A DNA stretch of 64,000 nt, taken from positions 24,829 through 88,828 of the forward strand of contig CAZUWA010000001.1 of assembly GCA_964623895.1 (NCBI GenBank), written 5' to 3'. Made by a program: the position numbers and the translations under genes. Each line of letters starts with the position of its first letter. Positions within the stretch are counted from its first letter, which is position 1. Below the pieces are notes generated by a model. The model had not been told where the DNA came from. It did no database searches and was given only the letters and a program-made list of their open reading frames with translations. This document shows, piece after piece, positions 30,516 to 39,993 of the stretch. The stretch is from an uncultured Lachnospiraceae bacterium (lineage in GTDB: Bacteria; Bacillota; Clostridia; Oscillospirales; CAG-272).

Positions 30516-31565
30516 TTATTTGTTGTAGTAGAAATCATCTCCCGGCAGTTTGCCGCCGATAGATTTTGGATCGAGACCGAAAAGCACTTCAAGTGTGCCT
30601 GCCATGGCATTCTTCATCTGTTCGCCCTCATAGCAAATGAGATTGCTTTTGGTGATGGCAACTTTTGCAATCGGCGCTTTGGCAATGATTCCTGCATCGA
30701 CTACGGCTTGTGCCGCCTCATCGTCTGCCTTTTTGATGAATTCAACGGATGTTCTGTATTCGGTGAGGAATGCATCCAAGGCGTCTTTGTGCTCTTGAGC
30801 AAATATTTTGGTCGCAACCACACAGCCTTGTGTCAGTTCACAGTCAGCAACACGATTCCACTCTTCTGTCATGTCGAGTGCGTATCTGACATTTTCCACT
30901 GTTTTGCTGACAACAGTTGCTCTCGGTTCGGGAAGCATCACGATGCAGGAAGGATTTGACGCGATCTTGGCTGAAACTTCTTCTGCGGAGGCGCTGTATT
31001 CCACCGTCACATCACTGCCGACGGTCAGTCCATTCTCCTTCAAGACATATTCCAAAATATACTGTGGCGTGGAGCCCTCGCCGGTGGTGTAGATCGTCTT
31101 ACCTTTAAGGTCTGTAATGCTCTTGACGGTTTCGCCGTTTACTTCCAAAACGTAGAGTACACCGAGGGTGTTAAGGGCAACTAATTCGACATCGACGTCA
31201 GGCATATTGTAGAGTTTTGCTGCCACATTGACGGGAAGCGCCGCCAGGTCGTAAATGCCGGTTTTCAAACCTGCGATGACCTGTGTGGGATCGGATTTGA
31301 CATCGATGGTATAGTTGTTGACGGTCGCTTTGGCATTGTTGTCGACGATCAACTTGGAGGCACCAAGACCGGTTGAACCGGAAAGCAGTGCCAATTTTAC
31401 ATCTTCTCCTTCAAAGGAAGGCTCGGTGGAACTTTTACTTTCGGTAGGCGTTACGGAAGCGCCGACGCTCGGCTCAGCGCCTTCGGTCGTGATAAAATTT
31501 TTGGCGCAGCCTGTTGTCGCAAGGAGCATCAACACAGCCAAAACAAATGCAAGTGTTTTTTTCAT
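30516..31565 (-). CDS. ABC transporter substrate-binding lipoprotein (NMT1/THI5-like class)
   Basis: Lipobox ATTGC, an S/T/E-rich linker, then a periplasmic-binding fold. ATGA-coupled to the upstream regulator. Confidence 0.8.
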   Translation of the reverse strand: MKKTLAFVLAVLMLLATTGCAKNFITTEGAEPSVGASVTPTESKSSTEPSFEGEDVKLALLSGSTGLGASKLIVDNNAKATVNNYTIDVKSDPTQVIAGLKTGIYDLAALPVNVAAKLYNMPDVDVELVALNTLGVLYVLEVNGETVKSITDLKGKTIYTTGEGSTPQYILEYVLKENGLTVGSDVTVEYSASAEEVSAKIASNPSCIVMLPEPRATVVSKTVENVRYALDMTEEWNRVADCELTQGCVVATKIFAQEHKDALDAFLTEYRTSVEFIKKADDEAAQAVVDAGIIAKAPIAKVAITKSNLICYEGEQMKNAMAGTLEVLFGLDPKSIGGKLPGDDFYYNK

Positions 31566-32221
31566 GATTTCATTCCTCTTTCTTCTGTAAGAACGACTTG
31601 ATTGCCGTTCTTTTCGATTTTTTTCTCTTCAATCAACTTTTCAAATGCACGATAGAGACTTGCTCTTCCGATCCCCAAACGTGAGGCAAGGGATGCCATC
31701 CGACAGGGAAGGATGCGCACACCGTTTTCTTCCGGCAGTTTTTTTAGAAAGGTATAGACCTTTTCTTCGGCGGTCGGCGCGGTATAGAAGCGAATACGTT
31801 CGTTTAAAAAGCGGATCTTTTCCGACTGCACCGAAATAACATTGCGTGCTAAGTGAGGTTCGGTTTTCATCAGCTCTCCGAACAGCGTTTCAGGAATCCA
31901 AAATACCGTTGTTTTGCTTAGTGCGTGAATGTTGGTTTCAAATCGTTCTCCTTCTGCAAACAGAGAGGAAAAACCGAAAACAGCACCGGGGAGCAGTCGA
32001 TTGAGAGTGACCTTATCTGCTTTTTGTCCCGCACCGATTTGCAACCGTCCTTCATACAGGATACCGAGTGCTCCGCCGTCATATGCAACGCGATCTCCCT
32101 TTTCATATTGCTTTTTCAAAAAAGCGGGAGAAGTGAGAAGCAGTGACGGTAGATCTTGCGTACATCCGTCAAAAAGTGGGAGTTTTGCAAGAAATTCTTT
32201 CTCCAAATGGATATTCGCCAT
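31562..32221 (-). CDS. Crp/Fnr family transcriptional regulator
   Basis: N-terminal cNMP-binding-like beta roll and C-terminal HTH (RMASLASRLGIGRASLYRAFEKL). Confidence 0.85.
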   Translation of the reverse strand: MANIHLEKEFLAKLPLFDGCTQDLPSLLLTSPAFLKKQYEKGDRVAYDGGALGILYEGRLQIGAGQKADKVTLNRLLPGAVFGFSSLFAEGERFETNIHALSKTTVFWIPETLFGELMKTEPHLARNVISVQSEKIRFLNERIRFYTAPTAEEKVYTFLKKLPEENGVRILPCRMASLASRLGIGRASLYRAFEKLIEEKKIEKNGNQVVLTEERGMKS

Positions 32222-32338
32222 ATCTTACCTCTGAAAAGTGTTTCATTTGAGACGGTTTTATTATACACAAAGAAAAAAGAATGTCAAGAACTTTTTGAAA
32301 TTTCTTTGTGAGAAGTTCATATTTTTTGCAAAGAAAAC

Positions 32339-32367
32339 TTGAAAAATCATAAAATGTATGGTATACT
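32339..32367 (+). promoter_or_regulatory. Sigma-A-type promoter with extended -10 for the ANL/ECF-S/DUF1015 operon
   Basis: TTGAAA (32339-32344), a 17-nt spacer, then TATACT (32362-32367), preceded by TGg. Confidence 0.5.
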
Positions 32368-32406
32368 GTAATCGTATATGAAAATTTATAAGAAAGGATC
32401 GACGAT

Positions 32407-34065
32407 ATGGCTATACTTCCGCTACCGAAAAAGAAGCAAGCGCTATATGAAGTGACGCCCTTCAGCTCTTTCAGAGAGATGTTGGAGATCGCGAGAACAG
32501 AAGCAGGCGATACTATTGCTATTAAATATAAGGAAAAATCCATCAGACGAGATGTGACATACAATGAACTGGTCAACCGGGTGGATGTGCTAGGCACGGC
32601 ACTTGCAGACCTTGAAGGAGGATTGGGGCATGTTGCGATCCTTGGCGAAAACAGTTTTCGCTGGATATCCGTTTATCTGACCGTGCTTTGTTCGGATGGT
32701 GCGGTGATTCCCATGGACAGCGAACTGCCTTTTTCCGAGATAATCAATATTTTGAATCACAGTGATACCACGACTGTTTTCTTTGACAAGACGTTTTTGG
32801 AGTATTTTAAAGAAAACAAAGCACTTCTTCCGAATGTTAAAAATTATGTGTGTCTAAATCTAAGAGCTTCTGAGGCGGAGGATGGTATCCTCTCCTATGA
32901 TGCTCTTGTAGAAAAGGGTGCGGCGGCACTCAGTGAGGGCGATGAGCGGTTCTTGCATACCAGAGCTGCCGGTGGGGTATTGAAGATGTTGATCTACCAC
33001 AGCGGCAGTTTGGACGGACTCTGTGCGGTAATGCTCACGCAGGATAATCTGATCAATGAGGTTAAGAGCATTTTAGCGTTGACTCCTTTTTATAAGAGGA
33101 CTCTTTCTGTTGTTCCGTATTACAAATCTATGGAACTTGTCACCTGTCTTCTTTCCTCCTTTCACAGTCATGCGACGGTTTGCATCGGTGATGGCTATAA
33201 GCAATTCCAGAAGAATTTATTGGAATATCAGCCGGATTATCTTTTTTTGCCCCCGCTTTATGTTGAGAGCATTCATAAGAAACTGATTACTACTATTGAG
33301 AAGCAGGGTCGCCTTGAAACCTTCGAAACGCTGATCAAGACCAGTGCGGCAATGCGCAAAGTCGGCATTGACAGAACAAAGCAGTTCTTCTCTGCTATTC
33401 ATGAAATGGCAGGCGGAAAACTGGAAGCGGTATATGTGACCGGTGCTTTTGTGAATCCCGAATCTATTCGTTTTTTTGATGATATCGGCTTCCCGGTTTT
33501 GTCGAGTTACGGCATGGCGGAATGCTCCTCACTGATTGCTATTGGTAGAGAACAGAAGAAGGATTTGCATTCTGTCGGTGTCATTCTGCCTTGTGTGCAG
33601 GTGAAGATTGCAGACCCGGATGAAGAAGGTATCGGTGAGATCTGCATTCGCGGTGAAAGCACCACGATGGGTTACTATAAAAATCCGGGCAAAACGGCAG
33701 AGCGTTTCGAATTGGCAGGATGGTTCCGCACGGGTGACACCGGAAAGATCACGGCTGACGGCAGGCTGTATATAGACGAGATCAACCCGGAAAAAATGAT
33801 TTTCAAAAGTGGCAGAACGGTGTTGAAGGCGGAAATCGAAGGATACCTTGAGACGTTGCCCGGCATTGAGACGGCGGCTGTCTACACAGGAAAGAATGCT
33901 GACGGTGTCGAATTGCTCATTGAGGCGGATATCGTTTTAAATGACGAGTTGTCCGATCTTGATAAGAACGCACGTGTGGCGGCTGTTAAAGAAAAGATCG
34001 ATCGATTAAACAACACATTGCCGGCATATAAGAGAGTCAGCAAAGTCCATATCAAAAAGAGGTAG
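32407..34065 (+). CDS. AMP-binding (ANL superfamily) acyl-CoA-synthetase-like enzyme with degenerate A3 motif
   Basis: Motifs SSYGMAECS (A5) and GWFRTGDTG (A7) are present. The A3 P-loop reads LIYHSGSLDGLCAVMLTQDN instead of YTSGTTGxPKGV. Confidence 0.8.
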   Translation: MAILPLPKKKQALYEVTPFSSFREMLEIARTEAGDTIAIKYKEKSIRRDVTYNELVNRVDVLGTALADLEGGLGHVAILGENSFRWISVYLTVLCSDGAVIPMDSELPFSEIINILNHSDTTTVFFDKTFLEYFKENKALLPNVKNYVCLNLRASEAEDGILSYDALVEKGAAALSEGDERFLHTRAAGGVLKMLIYHSGSLDGLCAVMLTQDNLINEVKSILALTPFYKRTLSVVPYYKSMELVTCLLSSFHSHATVCIGDGYKQFQKNLLEYQPDYLFLPPLYVESIHKKLITTIEKQGRLETFETLIKTSAAMRKVGIDRTKQFFSAIHEMAGGKLEAVYVTGAFVNPESIRFFDDIGFPVLSSYGMAECSSLIAIGREQKKDLHSVGVILPCVQVKIADPDEEGIGEICIRGESTTMGYYKNPGKTAERFELAGWFRTGDTGKITADGRLYIDEINPEKMIFKSGRTVLKAEIEGYLETLPGIETAAVYTGKNADGVELLIEADIVLNDELSDLDKNARVAAVKEKIDRLNNTLPAYKRVSKVHIKKR

Positions 34066-34071
34066 GATGCT

Positions 34072-34686
34072 ATGGTAAGAATTAAGCAAGATCGTTGCTC
34101 TATCGTAAAACTGGTTGAGCTTGCCGTTTTAACGGCGATTGTGTTGGTTTTGCAATTGGGCGGATTTGTACTTCGTCTACCGTTTCTTGCCACGCCGGTC
34201 AGTTTGGTTCTGATTCCCATCGTACTTGGTGCAATTCTGACAGGTCCGATCGGCGGTGCTTGGCTTGGCTTGGTTTTTGGTTTAGAAACGCTGTTCGTAT
34301 GCGGTGTGATGGGAACGGATCTTTTCACAGCTACCCTCTTTCAAGCGCATCCCGTGCTTACTTCGGTTACCTGTATCGGTAAAGGTGTTCTTGCAGGGTT
34401 GGTGGCAGGGCTTTGCTATCGTGCGTTTGAGAAAAAGAATCGTTATGCGGCGGTGTTTACCGCCGCTGCCGTTGCGCCTGTTGTCAACACCAGCTTCTTT
34501 ATTCTTTGCGGACTGTTGATGCGAGATACCATTGCCCAAAACTTCCTTGAGCAGGGCAGTACCGTGATTTATTTCTTGGTGATCGGCTGTGCGGGATTCA
34601 ATTTTATCTTTGAGTTTTTGGTCAACATGATCTTTACTCCTGCCATTCACAGATTGATCTTATTGCTCAGCAAGAATAAAGCATGA
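34072..34686 (+). CDS. ECF transporter S component (substrate-capture subunit), substrate unknown
   Basis: 204 aa with about 6 TM helices and an N-terminus (LVELAVLTAIVLVLQ) typical of ECF S components. It starts 6 nt after the upstream gene. Confidence 0.65.
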   Translation: MVRIKQDRCSIVKLVELAVLTAIVLVLQLGGFVLRLPFLATPVSLVLIPIVLGAILTGPIGGAWLGLVFGLETLFVCGVMGTDLFTATLFQAHPVLTSVTCIGKGVLAGLVAGLCYRAFEKKNRYAAVFTAAAVAPVVNTSFFILCGLLMRDTIAQNFLEQGSTVIYFLVIGCAGFNFIFEFLVNMIFTPAIHRLILLLSKNKA

Positions 34687-34708
34687 TCTGTACATGGAGG
34701 TGATTCAG

Positions 34709-35911
34709 ATGAACAGGCAAGTATTTTTCTCTGCGGACATTCTTTTGCCGAAGAGAGAGTATGAAAAGTGGGCAGTTGTTGCGTGCGACCAATTTACCTC
34801 GGAAGAACGATATTGGACATCAGTTGATGCCTTGGTTGGGGAAGCGCCTTCGGCTCTGCGGCTGATCTTGCCGGAGATATACCTTGAAAAAGAAGGCGTG
34901 GAGGAGCGCATTGCAACCATTCAGAGCAATATGGAACATTATCTTGCCTCGGATATTTTTACGGAAGAGCGGGGAATGATCTATCTTGAGCGTACCATGC
35001 CCGACGGTTCTATTCGTCACGGAGTGGTTGGTGCGATCGATCTTTCCGATTACGACTTCCGGGCGGAGAGTCATTCGCTCATTCGTGCCACTGAAGAAAC
35101 AGCGATCGAACGCATTCCGCCTCGTTTGAGGGTTAGAGAAGGGGCTGCGTTAGAACTTCCGCACATTCTTTTGTTGATCGATGATCCGGAGAATACCGTG
35201 ATAGCACCGCTGACTGCTGAAAAAGAAGATCTTCGCAGGGTGTATGACTTTGAATTGATGATGCACAGCGGACACCTGACGGGATATTGTCTTGGGAAAG
35301 CACATCAGCGTACATTATCCGCTGCGTTAGAAGCGCTGGCAGAGAAAGCGGAAGACGGTCTGCTTTTCGTTGTGGGGGATGGTAATCATTCGCTTGCGAC
35401 TGCCAAAGCGGCATCTGAGACGAGCGACAGTCCTCTTGCAAAACGAGCATTGGTCGAGATCGTCAATATCCACGATCCTGCCATTCGCTTTGAGCCGATA
35501 TACCGCGCGCTGTTCGGTGTGGATGAAGAAGCACTCTTCTCTGCATTTCTTGCCGCGATGGGCGGAGAATATGAAGGTGAAGATGGGCAGGATTTTGATC
35601 TCGTCGGCAGTGGGATCACGCGCACGGTGCGCGTCAAGCCTAGGGCAAAATTGCCGGTCGGAACCCTGCAACCCTTTTTGGATGACTATCTAAACCATCA
35701 TCCGGAAGTCAGAATCGACTATATCCATGGCGAGGAAACACTCTTTGACCTTTGTGGGAAAGCGGGTGTTGCGGGTTTTATTTTCAAAGGAATGGAAAAA
35801 AATGAGTTGTTTGAAGCGGTACGTGTAGACGGCTCGTTGCCCAGAAAAACTTTTTCAATGGGGCATGCATTTGAAAAACGCTTCTATATGGAAGCGCGAA
35901 GAATAAAATAA
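34709..35911 (+). CDS. DUF1015 domain-containing protein
   Basis: Size and motifs (VVACDQFTSE, VVGDGNHSLATAK, LPRKTFSMGHA) match my memory of the DUF1015 family. I chose the ATG at 34709, behind GGAGGTGA. Confidence 0.75.
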   Translation: MNRQVFFSADILLPKREYEKWAVVACDQFTSEERYWTSVDALVGEAPSALRLILPEIYLEKEGVEERIATIQSNMEHYLASDIFTEERGMIYLERTMPDGSIRHGVVGAIDLSDYDFRAESHSLIRATEETAIERIPPRLRVREGAALELPHILLLIDDPENTVIAPLTAEKEDLRRVYDFELMMHSGHLTGYCLGKAHQRTLSAALEALAEKAEDGLLFVVGDGNHSLATAKAASETSDSPLAKRALVEIVNIHDPAIRFEPIYRALFGVDEEALFSAFLAAMGGEYEGEDGQDFDLVGSGITRTVRVKPRAKLPVGTLQPFLDDYLNHHPEVRIDYIHGEETLFDLCGKAGVAGFIFKGMEKNELFEAVRVDGSLPRKTFSMGHAFEKRFYMEARRIK

Positions 35912-35932
35912 AGAATGAAAGGAATTATTATT

Positions 35933-36274
35933 ATGAAAAAAGCACTCAGAATCTTAGCACTTGCGATGGTATTGGCAACACTGTCTTTGACACTGCTTTC
36001 TTGCGCTCCGACTTTGTCCGGAACATATGCGGCGGAAGGTATTCTCTCCGAAGGTTCATTCGCTTTCAATGGAAGCAAAGTCACCTACACATCGAAGTTG
36101 CTTGGCAAAGCTCAAAGCTATGAAGGCAAATATTCGATCAATGAAGATGCAGGCACCATTACTTTCACCTTTGATGATGAAGATTGTCCGTTTGAAAACG
36201 GTAGCTACGATTTTACTCAGGATAAGGAGGCGGATACCGTAAAGATCGGTCTGGTGACCTATACTAAGCAGTGA
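35933..36274 (+). CDS. Small lipoprotein of unknown function
   Basis: Signal peptide plus lipobox LLSC from the ATG at 35933. Confidence 0.6.
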   Translation: MKKALRILALAMVLATLSLTLLSCAPTLSGTYAAEGILSEGSFAFNGSKVTYTSKLLGKAQSYEGKYSINEDAGTITFTFDDEDCPFENGSYDFTQDKEADTVKIGLVTYTKQ

Positions 36275-36282
36275 TCCGACAG

Positions 36283-36319
36283 AAAGTCACCGCGAGCAAA
36301 TGCGCTTGCGGTGACTTTT
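36283..36319 (+). terminator. Rho-independent terminator
   Basis: Stem GTCACCGCGAGC/GCTTGCGGTGAC (one mismatch) with A and T arms. It overlaps the track start of the argG ORF, which argues for the later argG start. Confidence 0.7.
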
Positions 36320-36362
36320 GAAAAAATATTCACGAAATCCAATAAAAATTCAGAAATACCAC

Positions 36363-36391
36363 TTGACAAATGGGCGAATAAGTGATATTAT
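36363..36391 (+). promoter_or_regulatory. Near-consensus sigma-A promoter of argG-argH
   Basis: TTGACA (36363-36368), a 17-nt spacer, then TATTAT (36386-36391), with TG at the extended -10 position. Confidence 0.65.
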
Positions 36392-36418
36392 ACTCGTTGT
36401 TATGAATGAATATGCAAT
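36381..36418 (+). promoter_or_regulatory. Candidate tandem ARG boxes (ArgR/AhrC operator)
   Basis: TATGAATGAATATGCAAT (36401-36418) matches TNTGAATWWWWATTCANW with 2 mismatches. A weaker box, AGTGATATTATACTCGTT (36381-36398), lies 2 bp upstream and overlaps the -10. Confidence 0.4.
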
Positions 36419-36425
36419 AAGGGGT

Positions 36426-37670
36426 ATGGCTATGAAAAAACTCGATCCGAAAAATATCAAAAAGGTTGTTTTAGCTTATTCGGGAGGATTGGATACTTCC
36501 ATCATCATCCCGTGGTTGAAGGAAAATTACAATAATTGCGAGGTTATCTGTGTCTCCGGAAATGTCGGTCAGGCAAGTGAGCTTGAAGGGTTAGAAGAGA
36601 AGGCATTAAAGACCGGCGCGTCCAAACTGTATGTTGAGGATCTGACCGAGGACTTCCTCAAGGAATGTGTTTTCCCCTGTGTGCAGGCAGGTGCACTCTA
36701 TGAAGGATATATGCTTGGAACGGCTTTTGCAAGACCGTTTATTGCTAAGCGGGTAGCAGAGATCGCGTTGGCAGAAGGTGCGGATGCCATCTGTCACGGT
36801 TGCACCGGCAAGGGCAATGATCAGGTTCGTTTTGAGCTTGGCATCAAGGCATTTGCACCCGATATGCCGATCATCGCGCCTTGGAGAGAATGGACGATCA
36901 AGTCCCGTGAAGAGGAGATCGATTATGCTGAGGCACACAACATTCCGCTGAAGATCAGCAGAGAGACCAACTATTCGAAAGATAAGAATATTTGGCACCT
37001 TTCTCATGAGGGCATGGATCTTGAAGATCCGGCAAATGAGCCGCAATACAATAAATCGGGCTTCCTTGAGATGGGGGTTTCTCCCGAACAGGCACCGGAC
37101 AAACCTACCTATATCACCATTCATTTTGAACAGGGGGTACCGACTGCTATCGACGGCAAGGAGATGAACGCAACCAATATCGTTCTTACCCTCAACAAAC
37201 TCGGCGGTGAGAATGGTATCGGGCTTTATGATGTGGTGGAAAATCGTTTGGTTGGAATGAAGAGCAGAGGTCTTTACGAGACTCCGGGCGGAGCAATCTT
37301 ATATCATGCGCATGAGGTCCTTGAAACCATCTGTTCTGATAAGGAAACGCAACATTACAAGGCACTTGTGGCGCAGAAATTGGCAGAGAATGTTTATAAC
37401 GCGTTGTGGTACACTCCGCTGACTGAGGCGATCTTGGCATTCGTCAAGAGCACGCAAAAGTATGTCACGGGCGATGTCAAGTTGAAACTCTATAAGGGCA
37501 ATATCATCAATGCCGGTGTGACATCCCCCTATTCTCTGTATGATCCGGAGATCGCGACATTTGATGAGGATGATGTGTATGATCAGTCGGATGCCGCAGG
37601 GTTTATCAATCTGTACGGATTGCCCACCAAAGTCTATGCCAAGATGAAGGTAAAGAACGGAATTCAATAA
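36426..37670 (+). CDS. argG: Argininosuccinate synthase
   Basis: [12 protein letters not shown]-pyrophosphatase motif. The start is ATG 36426 or 36432; the track start at 36318 lies inside the upstream terminator and promoter. Confidence 0.95.
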   Translation: MAMKKLDPKNIKKVVLAYSGGLDTSIIIPWLKENYNNCEVICVSGNVGQASELEGLEEKALKTGASKLYVEDLTEDFLKECVFPCVQAGALYEGYMLGTAFARPFIAKRVAEIALAEGADAICHGCTGKGNDQVRFELGIKAFAPDMPIIAPWREWTIKSREEEIDYAEAHNIPLKISRETNYSKDKNIWHLSHEGMDLEDPANEPQYNKSGFLEMGVSPEQAPDKPTYITIHFEQGVPTAIDGKEMNATNIVLTLNKLGGENGIGLYDVVENRLVGMKSRGLYETPGGAILYHAHEVLETICSDKETQHYKALVAQKLAENVYNALWYTPLTEAILAFVKSTQKYVTGDVKLKLYKGNIINAGVTSPYSLYDPEIATFDEDDVYDQSDAAGFINLYGLPTKVYAKMKVKNGIQ

Positions 37671-37771
37671 TGAAAGAACAAGGTCGAAGCAGGTAAAAAC
37701 CCGCTTCGCCCTTTGAACGTTTTATAGAAACTGAATATTTATGTTAAAAATGTTCAATGCGAGGTATATTT

Positions 37772-39157
37772 ATGCAAAAATTGTGGGTGGGAAGGACCGC
37801 CGGTGCGCTTTCAAAGGAGGCCGATGATTTCAATTCTTCCATTGCAGTGGATCAAAAGATGTATAGGCAGGATATTGAAGGCTCGATCGCGCATGCCGCG
37901 ATGTTGGAGTTTTGCGGTATCTTGTCTACAGAAGCCGTCGCTGAGATCACTGCGGGGTTGAAGGGCATTTTAGCCGATCTTGAGAGCGGAAAATTGGAGA
38001 TCGATCCTGAAGCAGAGGACATTCACATGTTTATAGAAGCGGAGTTGACCGCGCGAATCGGAGAATACGGAAAAAAACTGCACACTGCGCGTTCGCGGAA
38101 CGATCAGGTTGCACTTGATCTGCGGATATACTTGCGCGATGAATGTGCCGTTGTTAAAAAGCAGATCTTGGATCTGATCACTGCAATTATAAAGCAGGCG
38201 AAAGAAAATGAAACAGTCATTATGCCGGGTTACACCCATCTTCAGCGTGCACAGCCGATCTTGTTTGCGCATCAGTTGCTTGCCTATGTCGAAATGCTGA
38301 AGCGGGACTACGGCAGGATCGAAGATGCTGTCAAGCGGATGAACTATTCGCCGCTCGGCAGTTGTGCACTTGCCGGAACGACATATCCTACTGACCGAGA
38401 GTATACAGCGAAATTGCTTTCCTTTGATGGGGTAACTGCAAATAGTATTGACGGTGTTTCTGACCGTGATTTTTGTGTGGAACTGCTGTCGGCTTTCTCA
38501 ATTTTGATGATGCATCTTTCTCGCTTTTCGGAGGAAATCATCCTTTGGTCTTCCTTTGAATTCGGCTTTGTGAGACTTGATGATGCTTTTACAACCGGAT
38601 CAAGCATTATGCCGCAAAAGAAAAATTCCGATATGGCGGAATTGGTTAGAGGAAAGACCGGAAGAGTCTACGGAGACTTGATTGCTACCTTGACAATGTT
38701 AAAGGGGTTGCCTTTGGCATACAATAAGGATATGCAAGAGGACAAGGAGAGCATTTTCGATGCGCTTATAACCGTACAAAAATGTTTGACAGTTTTTGCT
38801 CCGATGGTGGAAACGATGAAGGTCAACAGAGAACAGATGCTGAAAGCAGCAAAGAGCGGATATATAAATGCCACCGATCTTGCGGACTATCTGACGAAAA
38901 AAGGGATGTCCTTCCGCAGTGCATACAAGATTGTCGGAAAGATTGTTGGGGACTGTGTGGAAGAGGGCAAGGTGCTCGAAGATCTTTCGCTTTCGGAATA
39001 TAAAAAACACAGTGAGATTTTCGAGGAAGACCTTTATGAGGCGATCGATCTGAAAACCTGCGTTGAAAAACGGATCTCGGAAGGTGGGACGGGTTTTGAT
39101 TCGGTCAAAAAGCAAATAGAACAGGCAGAAGCGTTTTTAAAGAGGAACTATGTATAA
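37772..39157 (+). CDS. argH: Argininosuccinate lyase
   Basis: Fumarate-lyase signature GSSIMPQKKNSD. MQKLWVGR start at 37772. Confidence 0.95.
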   Translation: MQKLWVGRTAGALSKEADDFNSSIAVDQKMYRQDIEGSIAHAAMLEFCGILSTEAVAEITAGLKGILADLESGKLEIDPEAEDIHMFIEAELTARIGEYGKKLHTARSRNDQVALDLRIYLRDECAVVKKQILDLITAIIKQAKENETVIMPGYTHLQRAQPILFAHQLLAYVEMLKRDYGRIEDAVKRMNYSPLGSCALAGTTYPTDREYTAKLLSFDGVTANSIDGVSDRDFCVELLSAFSILMMHLSRFSEEIILWSSFEFGFVRLDDAFTTGSSIMPQKKNSDMAELVRGKTGRVYGDLIATLTMLKGLPLAYNKDMQEDKESIFDALITVQKCLTVFAPMVETMKVNREQMLKAAKSGYINATDLADYLTKKGMSFRSAYKIVGKIVGDCVEEGKVLEDLSLSEYKKHSEIFEEDLYEAIDLKTCVEKRISEGGTGFDSVKKQIEQAEAFLKRNYV

Positions 39158-39992
39158 AATTGTATCAAAAAAAGAATTGAATCCAACTGTGACTATGATG
39201 GATATTGAAGCACCTTATGTTGCCGCAAAGGCAGAGCCGGGGCAATTTATTATTTTGCGTGTCGATGATGACGGGGAGCGCATCCCACTGACCATTGCGG
39301 GATATGACCGTGCGGCGGGTACGGTGAAGATCATTTTTCAGATCGTCGGTGCGACGACAAACCTTCTGAACCACAAAAAAGAAGGAGAATATATCAAGGA
39401 CTTTGTCGGCCCTCTTGGGAAGGCGACAGAAACGGACGGAATTCATAGGGTCTGTATCGTCGGTGGCGGTGTCGGTTGCGCGATCGCTTTGCCAATCGCA
39501 CAAAAACTGCATGAACAGGGATGTGAAGTTCATTCGGTCATTGGGTTTCGAAACAAGGATCTGGTAATCTTGCAAGAGGATTTTGCGGCTTGTTCCGATC
39601 GACTTGTCGTAATGACGGACGACGGTTCATGCGGCAGAAAAGGAGTGGTGACACTTCCGCTTGCCGAAGCGATTGAAGCGGGAGAAGATTATGACGAAGT
39701 AATCGCCATTGGACCGCTTGTCATGATGAAATTTGTGGTTGCCACTACCAAGCCGCACGGGATTAAGACGGTCGTTTCAATGAACCCGATTATGATCGAC
39801 GGTACCGGAATGTGCGGCGGTTGCAGACTGACAGTCGGTGGACAAACGAAATTTGCCTGCGTAGATGGACCGGACTTTGACGGGTTTGAGGTCGATTTCG
39901 ACGAAGCCATGGAGAGAGGCAGCATCTACCGCGATTTTGAGAAGCATGCATATGAAGAGAGCTGCAATCTCTTCAAGAAGGAGGATCTGTAA
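39150..39992 (+). CDS. Sulfide/dihydroorotate dehydrogenase-like FAD/NAD-binding protein (NfnA-like small subunit)
   Basis: FNR-like fold with a C-terminal 2Fe-2S Cys cluster (GMCGGCRLTVGGQTKFACVDGP). It overlaps the argH stop. Confidence 0.85.
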   Translation: MYKIVSKKELNPTVTMMDIEAPYVAAKAEPGQFIILRVDDDGERIPLTIAGYDRAAGTVKIIFQIVGATTNLLNHKKEGEYIKDFVGPLGKATETDGIHRVCIVGGGVGCAIALPIAQKLHEQGCEVHSVIGFRNKDLVILQEDFAACSDRLVVMTDDGSCGRKGVVTLPLAEAIEAGEDYDEVIAIGPLVMMKFVVATTKPHGIKTVVSMNPIMIDGTGMCGGCRLTVGGQTKFACVDGPDFDGFEVDFDEAMERGSIYRDFEKHAYEESCNLFKKEDL

Positions 39993-39993
39993 A

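Noticed and set aside
32307-32322. A TGTGA half-site (TGTGAGAAGTTCATAT) in the divergent region next to the Crp/Fnr regulator. I considered it as a CRP/FNR box.
   Set aside because: Only one half-site matches. The second half fits only with non-canonical 5-nt spacing.
37682-37714. An imperfect hairpin between argG and argH. I considered it as a possible internal terminator.
   Set aside because: It has two mismatches in 12 bp and an interrupted T-run. argH has no promoter of its own that I could see, so read-through is more likely.
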